32,000 bases of DNA from Phycisphaera mikurensis NBRC 102666 (lineage in GTDB: Bacteria > Planctomycetota > Phycisphaerae > Phycisphaerales > Phycisphaeraceae): NCBI RefSeq assembly GCF_000284115.1, contig NC_017080.1:1500001-1532000 (forward strand), written 5' to 3'. The notes under the pieces are model-generated. The model worked only from the letters and a program-made list of their open reading frames with translations. It did no database searches and had not been told where the DNA came from. Within the stretch, counting starts at the first letter, position 1, and each line of letters starts with the position of its first letter. The translations under genes and the position numbers were made by a program. Positions 16,846 through 24,099 of this stretch are shown here, piece by piece.

Positions 16846-18495
16846 TCACGCCGCGGGAGAGCGGCGGATCACCAGGGCGACCGGGGAGGGCGGCTCCTCG
16901 CCTGCGGGCCAGGCGTCGACCTCGGCCTGGGCGGCGAACAGGCGCTCGGCGGCCTCCTCGTAGGGGAGGCCGAGTTGGTCGACCAGCAGGCGGATGCCGC
17001 GGTCGATCAGCTTCTTGTTGCTGGCGCGGACGTGGACCATCCAGTTGCCGGAGAGGCGGCCCATCGCCGCCATGGTCGCGGTGGAGACGGTGTTGAAGGC
17101 GAGCTTCGCCAGGAGGTGGTGGGAGAGGTTCAGCCCCGGCCTCGGGGGAGCGCCGAGGTCGATCTCCAAGAGCGTGTCGCCGGCGTACCGGACGGCGAGC
17201 CCGCGTCCGCCGCGGCCGTCGACGGTGAAGCGCTCGCGGGGGCCGTCGGTGGCCGAGCCGGAGACGTCGAAGGCCTCGATCGCGGCGGTGTCCAGCGGAG
17301 GCGGGGCGGCGGCGAGGGCGGGGGCCCCCAGCGCGGCGTAGTCGTCGGCGGTCCAGCCGATCCCGCGGACCGGCCGCCCCAACAGCGGAAACCACCCGCG
17401 GTCCGCGGGGGCGTCGGGGTGCGAGGCGTTCGCCCAGGGGCGCGGGGACGCCGCGTCGTGCCGCGGCCGGAAGGGCGGCAGGCTGAAGGTGGGCGAGCGC
17501 TCGGTGGTGTCGGTGACCACGTCGAGGAGGAGGTCGTCGGCGAGGTAGCGGACGCGGGAGCCGGCTTCGTAGAGCCGACGCTCGGCGTCGGCCCAGCGGG
17601 CGAGGCCCGCGACGGCCTCCGGCGCTTCGAGCCGGTCGAGCACGGCGCCAAACGCCGCCACCCGCTCGTCGGCGGGCACGCGGGGCCGGCCCTCCAGCGC
17701 CAGGAGCGCGTCCTCCAGGGCGGCCCCGACCGCCGCGAGCTCGATCGTGGTCGCCTGCATCCGCGTGGACCCGGCGACGCCCATCGGCCCCGAGCACAGG
17801 TCGATCGCGGTCACCCGCGGGTCGTCGAGCAGCTCGCGGCTCCGCCGCACCCGCTCGCGGAGCAGGGCCGCGGGGTTGTTGAAGACGAAGAAGGCGGCCA
17901 TCCCGCGGGAGAGCGCCTCCCACGCGGTGCCGATCACGAAGGGCGTCTCGCCGCCCTCGGTGACGGCAATCAGCACGTCGTCGGGGGTCGGGCCCGCGTC
18001 GGCGAGCTGGCGGCGGCCGAAGGAGGGATGGTCCTCGAAGCCTTCCACGCTCTTGATGAGGGCGTAGTCGCCGCCGGCCATGAAGCCGAACAAGCGCTCG
18101 CGGAGGTGGGCCCGGCCGGGGTCCGCGCACGCCCGCCGCCAGAGCGACTCGAGCAGCAGCGCCAGCCGGCCGGTGGCCCCGCAGCCGGAGACGAAGACGC
18201 GGTGGCCGCCGCGGAGGGCGGCGGTGAGCGAGGCGACGAGCGTCGCGTGCGGCTCGCCCGCGAGCGTGCGGGCGAGCACCGGCGGGAGGTCCCGGTCGAC
18301 CGACTGCAGCTGGCGGACGGCGGCGGCGAGGTCCCGCTCGGCGGTCGCCGAGAGCGTGGCCGTCTTGGGGTGGCTGCTCTCGGTGACGAGGGCGCCCAGG
18401 CGGAAGGCGGTCTCCTCGCGGCAGAAGGCGGCGGCGCGGGCGGCGGGATCGAGCCCGGGCCCGGGGGCGTCTTCGGGGGCGGGTGCGCCGGTCAT
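16846..18495 (-). CDS. MurQ/GCKR-family SIS-domain protein (MurNAc-6-phosphate etherase-like, long form)
   Basis: This is the lower part of ORF 16846..19914. ATG 18495 overlaps the upstream stop (ATGA). Motifs LVTESSHPKT, VSGCGATGRL and GSTRMQATTIEL match MurQ, as does the MurQ-like C-terminus LAFNTVSTATMAAMGRLSGNWMVHVRASNKKLIDRGIRLL. At 549 aa it is far longer than the typical ~300-aa MurQ. Confidence 0.75.
   Translation of the reverse strand: MTGAPAPEDAPGPGLDPAARAAAFCREETAFRLGALVTESSHPKTATLSATAERDLAAAVRQLQSVDRDLPPVLARTLAGEPHATLVASLTAALRGGHRVFVSGCGATGRLALLLESLWRRACADPGRAHLRERLFGFMAGGDYALIKSVEGFEDHPSFGRRQLADAGPTPDDVLIAVTEGGETPFVIGTAWEALSRGMAAFFVFNNPAALLRERVRRSRELLDDPRVTAIDLCSGPMGVAGSTRMQATTIELAAVGAALEDALLALEGRPRVPADERVAAFGAVLDRLEAPEAVAGLARWADAERRLYEAGSRVRYLADDLLLDVVTDTTERSPTFSLPPFRPRHDAASPRPWANASHPDAPADRGWFPLLGRPVRGIGWTADDYAALGAPALAAAPPPLDTAAIEAFDVSGSATDGPRERFTVDGRGGRGLAVRYAGDTLLEIDLGAPPRPGLNLSHHLLAKLAFNTVSTATMAAMGRLSGNWMVHVRASNKKLIDRGIRLLVDQLGLPYEEAAERLFAAQAEVDAWPAGEEPPSPVALVIRRSPAA
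17363..17408. repeat. 46-bp palindromic element, copy I, inside a CDS
   Basis: Both arms are exact with a 26-nt interior. On the gene strand it reads xCC GCG GAC CGC ... GTC CGC GGG and encodes PADRGWFPLLGRPVRGI, in the poorly conserved middle of the MurQ-like protein. The interior (CGGGTGGTTTCCG...) resembles the intergenic copies. Confidence 0.75.
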
Positions 18496-19910
18496 GGCCG
18501 CCGCGGGGCTCGGCGGCGGTCGACGAGCAGCTCGACGGCCTCGGCGTCGGCGGGCGCGTCGAGTTCGTGCGTGCCCGCTCCGAGGCGGGCGGTGTCCACC
18601 ACGCTCCACACGTCGCCGCGGCGGGCGATCACGCGGAAGTCGCCGGCCTCGGCCACGTCGGCGTGCCAGGCCCCGCCGCTTCGCTCGGCGACGACCGGGG
18701 CGGGCCGCCAATCCGCGGGCAGCATCGGGCTGGCGGCGTGGCCGGCGTTCTCCACGTCGTAGTAGGCGGTCAGCTCGGCGGGGTAGGTCTCCAGCACGCC
18801 GCGGCTGAACCAGTGGACGTGCCCGCCGCCGCCCCGGCGGCGCACGAGGTCGAGCTTCTTCTCGTACTCGGCCCACGGCGTGTCGGGCCCGTCGCCGTTG
18901 ATCCGGAAGCCGCCGATCAGGTCGTCGGTGCGGCGTGAGCCGACGGCCCGCAGCTGCACGGGCCAGTCCTCGCTCACCCGCTTGAAGGTCGTGCGGTAAA
19001 CCTGCGGCACGTACTCGTCCATGAGCCCGCGCCGCGACCAGTCCCGCCAGTCGCAGGCGTAGTTCTCCAGCGACCAGGGGTACACGGCGGGGCTGATCGA
19101 CACGATCAGGTTCGGCCGCTTCGCCTTGAGCTCCTCGTGGAAACGCTCGGCGAACTCGCCGACCTTCTCCGCCCGCCAGGCGACCCAGGCCGGGTCGCGG
19201 GCGTCGGCGGGCGGGGCCTTCCCGCCGTGCTCCTCCTTGTAGGCCGCGACGGTGTAGTCGTCGTAGCCCATGGTCACCGGCCAGGCGATGCGGTCGTCGA
19301 GCTGCACGCCGTCGAGGTCGTAGCGGTCCACCGCGTCGAGCACGATCCCCATCAGGAGGTCCCGGCACTCCGGCCGCAGCGGGTTCATCCACACGAAGGG
19401 GTTCTGGTCGCTCACCAGCGACCCGTCGGCGGTGGTGGTCATCCACCCGGGGTGCTGCTCCCGCAGGTCGTTCATCGTGTCCTTGAACGCGGCCATGAAG
19501 CCGTACTCGAACCAGCCGATGTAGAGCAGCTGGTTGCGGTGCGCCGCGATCAGCGTCTCCTCGAGCAGGTCCCGCGGGCCGTCGAGGCCGGGGGCGTCGC
19601 CGGGGTGGTTGGCGTGGCCCGGCATGAGGTCCGGCCGGCGCGCGACGCCGATCGCCGCCTCCATCGTCTCGGAGGGGAACTGCGTGTAGCCGTTCTTCCA
19701 GACCTCGACGTAGACGGTGTTGAGGCCGATCGCGCGGAGCCGCTCCATCGCCTCGGCCGTGTTCCCGGGCGTGGCCAGGGCGTCGTTGGCGGTGGTGGTC
19801 ATCCACGTGCCTCGGACCTCCGGCGGCGCGGCCGCCGCGGGCGTGGCGAGGAGCGGGACGGCCGCGGCGGCCGCGGCGGCGGCCCGGTGGAGGAGGCGGA
19901 GGCGGTGCAT
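18492..19910 (-). CDS. Glycoside hydrolase-like family 10 (GHL10/DUF187) protein, secreted, paralog 2
   Basis: ORF track 472 aa. Signal peptide (AVPLLATPAAAAP), then RGTWMTTTANDAL, LNTVYVEVWKNGYTQFPS and DGVQLDDRIAWP. The stop overlaps the downstream ATG (ATGA at 18492-18495). Confidence 0.85.
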   Translation of the reverse strand: MHRLRLLHRAAAAAAAAVPLLATPAAAAPPEVRGTWMTTTANDALATPGNTAEAMERLRAIGLNTVYVEVWKNGYTQFPSETMEAAIGVARRPDLMPGHANHPGDAPGLDGPRDLLEETLIAAHRNQLLYIGWFEYGFMAAFKDTMNDLREQHPGWMTTTADGSLVSDQNPFVWMNPLRPECRDLLMGIVLDAVDRYDLDGVQLDDRIAWPVTMGYDDYTVAAYKEEHGGKAPPADARDPAWVAWRAEKVGEFAERFHEELKAKRPNLIVSISPAVYPWSLENYACDWRDWSRRGLMDEYVPQVYRTTFKRVSEDWPVQLRAVGSRRTDDLIGGFRINGDGPDTPWAEYEKKLDLVRRRGGGGHVHWFSRGVLETYPAELTAYYDVENAGHAASPMLPADWRPAPVVAERSGGAWHADVAEAGDFRVIARRGDVWSVVDTARLGAGTHELDAPADAEAVELLVDRRRAPRRP

Positions 19911-19964
19911 GCAACTCCCTGAAAGCTAAAACGTCTGGAGGAGGAGGGGAGATCCCCGATGTCG

Positions 19965-19997
19965 GTGGCCGCGGCCACGCTCGATGATACTATAAGA
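19965..19997 (-). promoter_or_regulatory. Candidate promoter/operator of the GHL10-MurQ-like operon
   Basis: The minus strand reads TCTTATAGTATCATCG (19997-19982, containing TATAGT). Downstream lies the perfect 14-bp palindrome GTGGCCGCGGCCAC (19965-19978). The element ends 71 nt upstream of ATG 19910 (gap 19911-19981). Confidence 0.5.
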
Positions 19998-20000
19998 CTC

Positions 20001-21176
20001 ATGAGCCAACGCACCGTCACCCGCCTCGCGCTCGTCGGCGCCGGCAACATCGCCCGGGCCCACGCGGCGGCCGCGGCCTCGCTGCCCGACGCCGTCGAGC
20101 TCGTCGCCGTCGTGGACACCCGCCGCGAGGCGGCCGAGGCGCTCGCGGAGGCCAGCGGCGCCGCGGCCTTCGGCTCGGTGGAGGAGATGCTCGCCGCGCT
20201 GGGCGGCACGCCCGCGGGCGTGCCCGACGCCGCGGTGGTCTGCACCCCGCCCTCGGCCCGCGTGGAGGCGGCCCGGCGGCTGCTGGCCGCCGGCTGCTCC
20301 CTGCTGCTGGAGAAGCCGCTGGCCCACACCGTGGCCGACGCCGAGGCGCTGGTGCGGCTTGCCGACGCGTACCCCGCCGCCGTGGCCGTCACCGGCTTCT
20401 GCCACCGCTTCACGCCGGCGGTCGGGGCCATGATCGGCCTGGTCGCCGAGGGCCGCATCGGCGAGGTCGTCCGCTGCGAGAACACCTTCGCGGCCGACCT
20501 GCCGCACCTCCGCGGCCACTGGATGAGCGACTCGGCGGTCGCCGGCGGCGGCTCGCTCATCGACACCGGCCTGCACAGCCTGGACCTCTTCGCGTACCTC
20601 TTCGGCCCCGCGACGGTGGAGGGCGCGGTGTTCCGCTGCGGCTGGGAGGGGCGCTCCGAGAGCAACGCGACCGTGCTGCTGCGGGCGGGCGGCGCGCACG
20701 CCGCCGCCGCCGCAGGAGGTGCCCGGATCGAGACCGTGTACCCCGTCGCCGGGGTCGTCGCCTGCGGCTGGGCGGAGAACAGCCGTTTCGACCTCCGGCT
20801 GGTCGGCACCGCCGGCTCGCTCCTCTACGACTTCGAGAAGCCCGAGGCGGTGTTCCTGACGACGCCCGCGGGCACCGAGACGCTGGCCGTGGAGACCCAC
20901 GAGGTCCGCTTCGACCGCCAGCTCGCCGCCTTCGCCGCCCGCGTCGCCGGCGGGCCCGGCGACGCCCCGCTGTGCGGCTTCGCCGGCGGGCTCGAGGCCC
21001 TGCGGCGGGTGGCCGAGGCCGCGATGCTCGACGCCGCTTCGCGGCCCGAAGCGCCGGCGTCGGCACCGGCGTCGGCACCGGCGTCGACGCCCGCGCCGCT
21101 CCGCAACGGCAACGGCAACGGCGTCCACCTGGCGGCGACCGCCGCGAGCGAAGCCTTCGCCGAGGCCGGGCGTTGA
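20001..21176 (+). CDS. Gfo/Idh/MocA-family oxidoreductase with a low-complexity C-terminal tail
   Basis: ORF 19959..21176 trimmed to ATG 20001 (MSQRTVTRLALVGAGNIARAH, Rossmann motif). It has the EKPLA motif. The tail PASAPASAPAST...NGNGNG is encoded by 12-bp (21054-21089) and 6-bp (21104-21122) tandem repeats. Confidence 0.85.
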   Translation: MSQRTVTRLALVGAGNIARAHAAAAASLPDAVELVAVVDTRREAAEALAEASGAAAFGSVEEMLAALGGTPAGVPDAAVVCTPPSARVEAARRLLAAGCSLLLEKPLAHTVADAEALVRLADAYPAAVAVTGFCHRFTPAVGAMIGLVAEGRIGEVVRCENTFAADLPHLRGHWMSDSAVAGGGSLIDTGLHSLDLFAYLFGPATVEGAVFRCGWEGRSESNATVLLRAGGAHAAAAAGGARIETVYPVAGVVACGWAENSRFDLRLVGTAGSLLYDFEKPEAVFLTTPAGTETLAVETHEVRFDRQLAAFAARVAGGPGDAPLCGFAGGLEALRRVAEAAMLDAASRPEAPASAPASAPASTPAPLRNGNGNGVHLAATAASEAFAEAGR

Positions 21177-21196
21177 TCGGCCCGCACACCGGCGGC

Positions 21197-22087
21197 ATGC
21201 GCCTGGGCGTGCTCGGCGTCGACAGCTCGCACCTTCCCGAGTTCACGCGTCGCATCGCGGGCTTGAACGAGGCCGGGGCCACCCGCTGCCGCGTGGTGTC
21301 GATGTTCGACGCGGGCGACCACCAGCTGCCCGCGGCGGACGTCGCCGGCTGGGTGGCCGAAGCGAAGGCCATGGGCGTGCAGGAGCGTGGCTCGGTCGAG
21401 GAGCTGCTCGGCGGCGTCGACGGCGTGCTGGTGCTCGCCGTCGCCGGCGGCCGCCACCTGGAGCTGGCGGAGCCGGCGCTGCAGCGTGGCTTGCCGACCT
21501 ACGTCGACAAGCCGCTGGCCTGCACCGCCGCGGACGCCCGGCGGCTCGCCGCCCTCGCGGAGGAGCACGCCGCCCCGTGCTACTCCGCCTCGAGCCTCCG
21601 CTTCGCGGCCGAGCCGGTCGCCGCCGCGGCGGACGCGTCGCTGGGCGACATCGTCGCCGTCGACGCCTTCGGGCCCGGCGAGCTGCTCGACGCGAACCCC
21701 GGCGTGCTGCACTACGGCGTGCACGCGGTGGAGATGGTCGACGCGGTGCTGGGCCCCGGCGTCGCGGAGGTCGCGGCGGAGTCGACCGCGGACCGCGACC
21801 TGGTCCGCCTCCGGTACGCCGACGGCCGGGCCGCCACGCTCCGGCTGGAGCGCAGGGGCAGCTACGACTTCGGCGCCGCCGTTCACGGCACCGCGGGAGC
21901 GTCCTTCTTCAAGGTCGACTTCGCCACCGTGTACGACCGCCTCGTGGAAGCGATGGTCGGCTTCTTCCGGGGCGGCCAGGCCCCGGTCCCGCTGTCGCGC
22001 ATCGTCGAGAACGTCGCCGTGATGGAAGCCGCGAACCGCTCGCGGGAGACCGGCGGCGGGTGGGTGAAGCCGGACGGCGCGCCGTGA
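21197..22087 (+). CDS. Gfo/Idh/MocA-like oxidoreductase, variant N-terminal motif (GVLGVDSSH)
   Basis: ORF 20972..22087 trimmed to ATG 21197 (MRLGVLGVDSSHLPEF). It has a VDKPLA motif. It belongs to the G-x-D-x-S-H subgroup I recall from Planctomycetota and Verrucomicrobiota. Confidence 0.72.
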   Translation: MRLGVLGVDSSHLPEFTRRIAGLNEAGATRCRVVSMFDAGDHQLPAADVAGWVAEAKAMGVQERGSVEELLGGVDGVLVLAVAGGRHLELAEPALQRGLPTYVDKPLACTAADARRLAALAEEHAAPCYSASSLRFAAEPVAAAADASLGDIVAVDAFGPGELLDANPGVLHYGVHAVEMVDAVLGPGVAEVAAESTADRDLVRLRYADGRAATLRLERRGSYDFGAAVHGTAGASFFKVDFATVYDRLVEAMVGFFRGGQAPVPLSRIVENVAVMEAANRSRETGGGWVKPDGAP

Positions 22088-23052
22088 GCGACGGCGACCC
22101 GCCCTGGGCCCGGCTGCCGCGGACCGCGGGCGTTCCGATGCTCAAAGACGCGCGGTCCGCGGATTCCGCGTTGCTCGACGGCCTCTTCGAGCTGCCCGCG
22201 GGCTCGGCGCTCACGGTCGCCGAGGTCGCCGCCGACGGCTCCCTCGTCGCCGCCCGCTGGCGCGGCACCGGCGAGACGCTTTTCTACCCCGCCAGCACGA
22301 TCAAGTGGACGACCGGGGCGCTCGCGGTCGCGCTCATGGACGAGCACGATCTCCCGCCCGAGGCGGTGTTGGCCGTTGGCGACCGGCCCGCCGCGACGCT
22401 GCGCGACCTGGTGCTCTCGATGCTGCAGGCCAGCGACAACGACGCCTTCAACGCGCTGCACGAGTGGGTGGGCACCGCCGAGACCCACGCCGCCATGCGA
22501 TCCTGGGGCTGCACCCACGCGATCGTCCGCCGGCACTTCATGAACCCGCGGTTCACCGGCAGCCCCGCCTGCGTCGCCCGCCGGCCCGACGGCAGCGAGG
22601 TCGTCTTCGAGGCGAAGCCCGAGGTCGACATGCCGCTCTCGACCGACCGGCCGCCGCCGGACGGCAACCCCGAGGCCAACGCCTTCACCACCGACGACCT
22701 CGTCCGCGTGGGCGCCGCCACGCTGATGGGCCCGATCCGCGACGCCGCGGCCTTCGGCCTGTTCGCCTGCGGGCTGTCGTGGACCTGCCAGGCCTACGTC
22801 CGCGCCGGCCTCGCCCGGCTCACCGCCGGCCGGCCGGACCGCCCGGGCTTCGTCGTACTCAACAAGCCCGGCTGGTGGCCACCCGACGGCGCCAACAGCG
22901 AGTTGAACTACGTGCACGACGTGGCGCACGGCCGGCACCTCTTCCTGGCGGTGTACGCGCAGGGCACCGAGGCCGAGGCGGAGGCGGGCGTGTCGGCGGC
23001 GGCCGAGGCCGTCGGGGCGGCGCTGCTGGCGGGCCGTCTTCGGCTCGCCTGA
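22084..23052 (+). CDS. Class-A beta-lactamase-like serine hydrolase (S-x-x-K, S-D-N); start uncertain
   Basis: Motifs ASTIKW (SxxK), QASDNDAFN (SDN) and NKPG (KTG-like). GTG 22084 overlaps the upstream stop (GTGA), but a 46-bp palindromic element occupies 22117-22162. Alternative starts are ATG 22138 (in the element loop) and TTG 22171. Confidence 0.72.
   Translation: MSDGDPPWARLPRTAGVPMLKDARSADSALLDGLFELPAGSALTVAEVAADGSLVAARWRGTGETLFYPASTIKWTTGALAVALMDEHDLPPEAVLAVGDRPAATLRDLVLSMLQASDNDAFNALHEWVGTAETHAAMRSWGCTHAIVRRHFMNPRFTGSPACVARRPDGSEVVFEAKPEVDMPLSTDRPPPDGNPEANAFTTDDLVRVGAATLMGPIRDAAAFGLFACGLSWTCQAYVRAGLARLTAGRPDRPGFVVLNKPGWWPPDGANSELNYVHDVAHGRHLFLAVYAQGTEAEAEAGVSAAAEAVGAALLAGRLRLA
22117..22162. 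repeat. 46-bp palindromic element, copy D
   Basis: The arms are exact and extend to 12 bp (CCGCGGACCGCG / CGCGGTCCGCGG). The 26-nt interior contains ATG 22138. It starts 29 nt after the stop of the preceding gene. Confidence 0.85.
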
Positions 23053-23082
23053 GGAAAGCCCCGGAGGGGGAGCCGTCTTATG

Positions 23083-23098
23083 GTAAATTGTTTACAAT
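23083..23098. promoter_or_regulatory. AT-rich overlapping dyads, candidate operator (GntR/AraR-type) or promoter
   Basis: GTAAA-ttg-TTTAC (23083-23095) overlaps ATTGT-tt-ACAAT (23087-23098). TACAAT (23093-23098) could also serve as a -10 box. It lies 78-93 nt upstream of ATG 23176, heading the glycosidase-regulator pair. Confidence 0.4.
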
Positions 23099-23175
23099 GC
23101 TGTCCTGTCCGCCGCCACCGCGCCGGGGCGGGCTCCTCCCAAGCGAAGCCGCGGGCGCATCCCTCTTATGCACTT

Positions 23176-24099
23176 ATGCTTCGTTGCGTGTCCCTGATCC
23201 GCCCGCTGCTCGCCGCCCTGGTCCTCGCCCCGGGGCCTTGCGCCGCGGCTGCGGGTGCCGCGGAGTCGCCCTGGGTGCTCGTTGCGGCCGCGGACACGCC
23301 CGCGCAGGACGGGCCGGTGGCGGTGCAGGAGGCCCGCCTGGAGACGCCCGCGGGCCCGGTGCGCGGCCTCCTCGCGCAGGTCGATCTGACCGACCCCCGC
23401 GTGGAGGTGGTGGTCACGGAGCGGCCCGCGGAGGTCCCGCCGCCGCCCGCGGAGGTGCCCCGGGTGGGCGTGGCGGGCTTCGCCGCCGAGCGCGGCCTCG
23501 CGGTCGCCGTCAACGCCAACTACTTCGCGACGCTGGGCCCCGATGCCGACGTCCTGGGCCTGTGCGTCGCCGACGGCGTCGTGGTCTCGCCGGCGCGCTT
23601 CTTCGCCGGCACCGGCGACCCGGTCCTCGCCTTCGCCGCCGACGGCACCGCCGCCGCCTTCGTGCCCGACACGCCGGAGGACCCGCGGCTGGCCGCCTTC
23701 GACGCCGTCGCGGGCATCGGCGCCTCCCCCACCGACCCCGACCGCGGCGGCCTGCTCGTCGAGGGCGGCGTCTCCCGGGGCGGATCCGCCCGCGTCGAGC
23801 CGCTGGCCCGGCACCCCCGCACCGTCGCGGGCGTCGACGCCGGCGGCGGCGTGCTCACGCTGGCCGTGATCGACGGGCGGGAGGCGGGCGGCTCCGCCGG
23901 CGCCACGCTGCCCGAGGCCGCGGCGCTGCTCCTGCAGGCGGGCGTGAGCGACGGCGTGAACCTCGACGGCGGCGGATCCAGCGTCATGTACGTCGGCCCG
24001 GGGGTCGCGGGCGCCGAAGCGTTCACCAGTTCGCCTTCGGAGGACCGGCCGGTGGCCGCCATCCTGGGCGTCCGCCTCCGGGAGAGCTCCAGCCGATGA
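23176..24099 (+). CDS. Phosphodiester glycosidase-family protein (NAGPA/DUF2233-like), secreted
   Basis: ORF 23080..24099 trimmed to ATG 23176 (MLRCVSLIRPLLAALVLAPGPCAAAAG, a signal peptide). Motifs VAVNANYF and GVNLDGGGSSVMYV. Confidence 0.78.
   Translation: MLRCVSLIRPLLAALVLAPGPCAAAAGAAESPWVLVAAADTPAQDGPVAVQEARLETPAGPVRGLLAQVDLTDPRVEVVVTERPAEVPPPPAEVPRVGVAGFAAERGLAVAVNANYFATLGPDADVLGLCVADGVVVSPARFFAGTGDPVLAFAADGTAAAFVPDTPEDPRLAAFDAVAGIGASPTDPDRGGLLVEGGVSRGGSARVEPLARHPRTVAGVDAGGGVLTLAVIDGREAGGSAGATLPEAAALLLQAGVSDGVNLDGGGSSVMYVGPGVAGAEAFTSSPSEDRPVAAILGVRLRESSSR

Noticed and set aside
16846-19914. A single 1022-aa minus-strand ORF
   Set aside because: It is two frames' worth of genes. The GHL10 gene (18492..19910) is in a different frame and ends with a TGA overlapping an ATG (18495) that starts the MurQ-like gene. 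The upper part of the long ORF is Arg/Pro-rich nonsense.
23080-23175. An upstream ATG (23080) as the start of the phosphodiester-glycosidase gene
   Set aside because: That ATG lies inside the AT-rich promoter/operator-like patch and would add a Cys/Arg-rich non-signal N-terminus. ATG 23176 gives a normal signal peptide.
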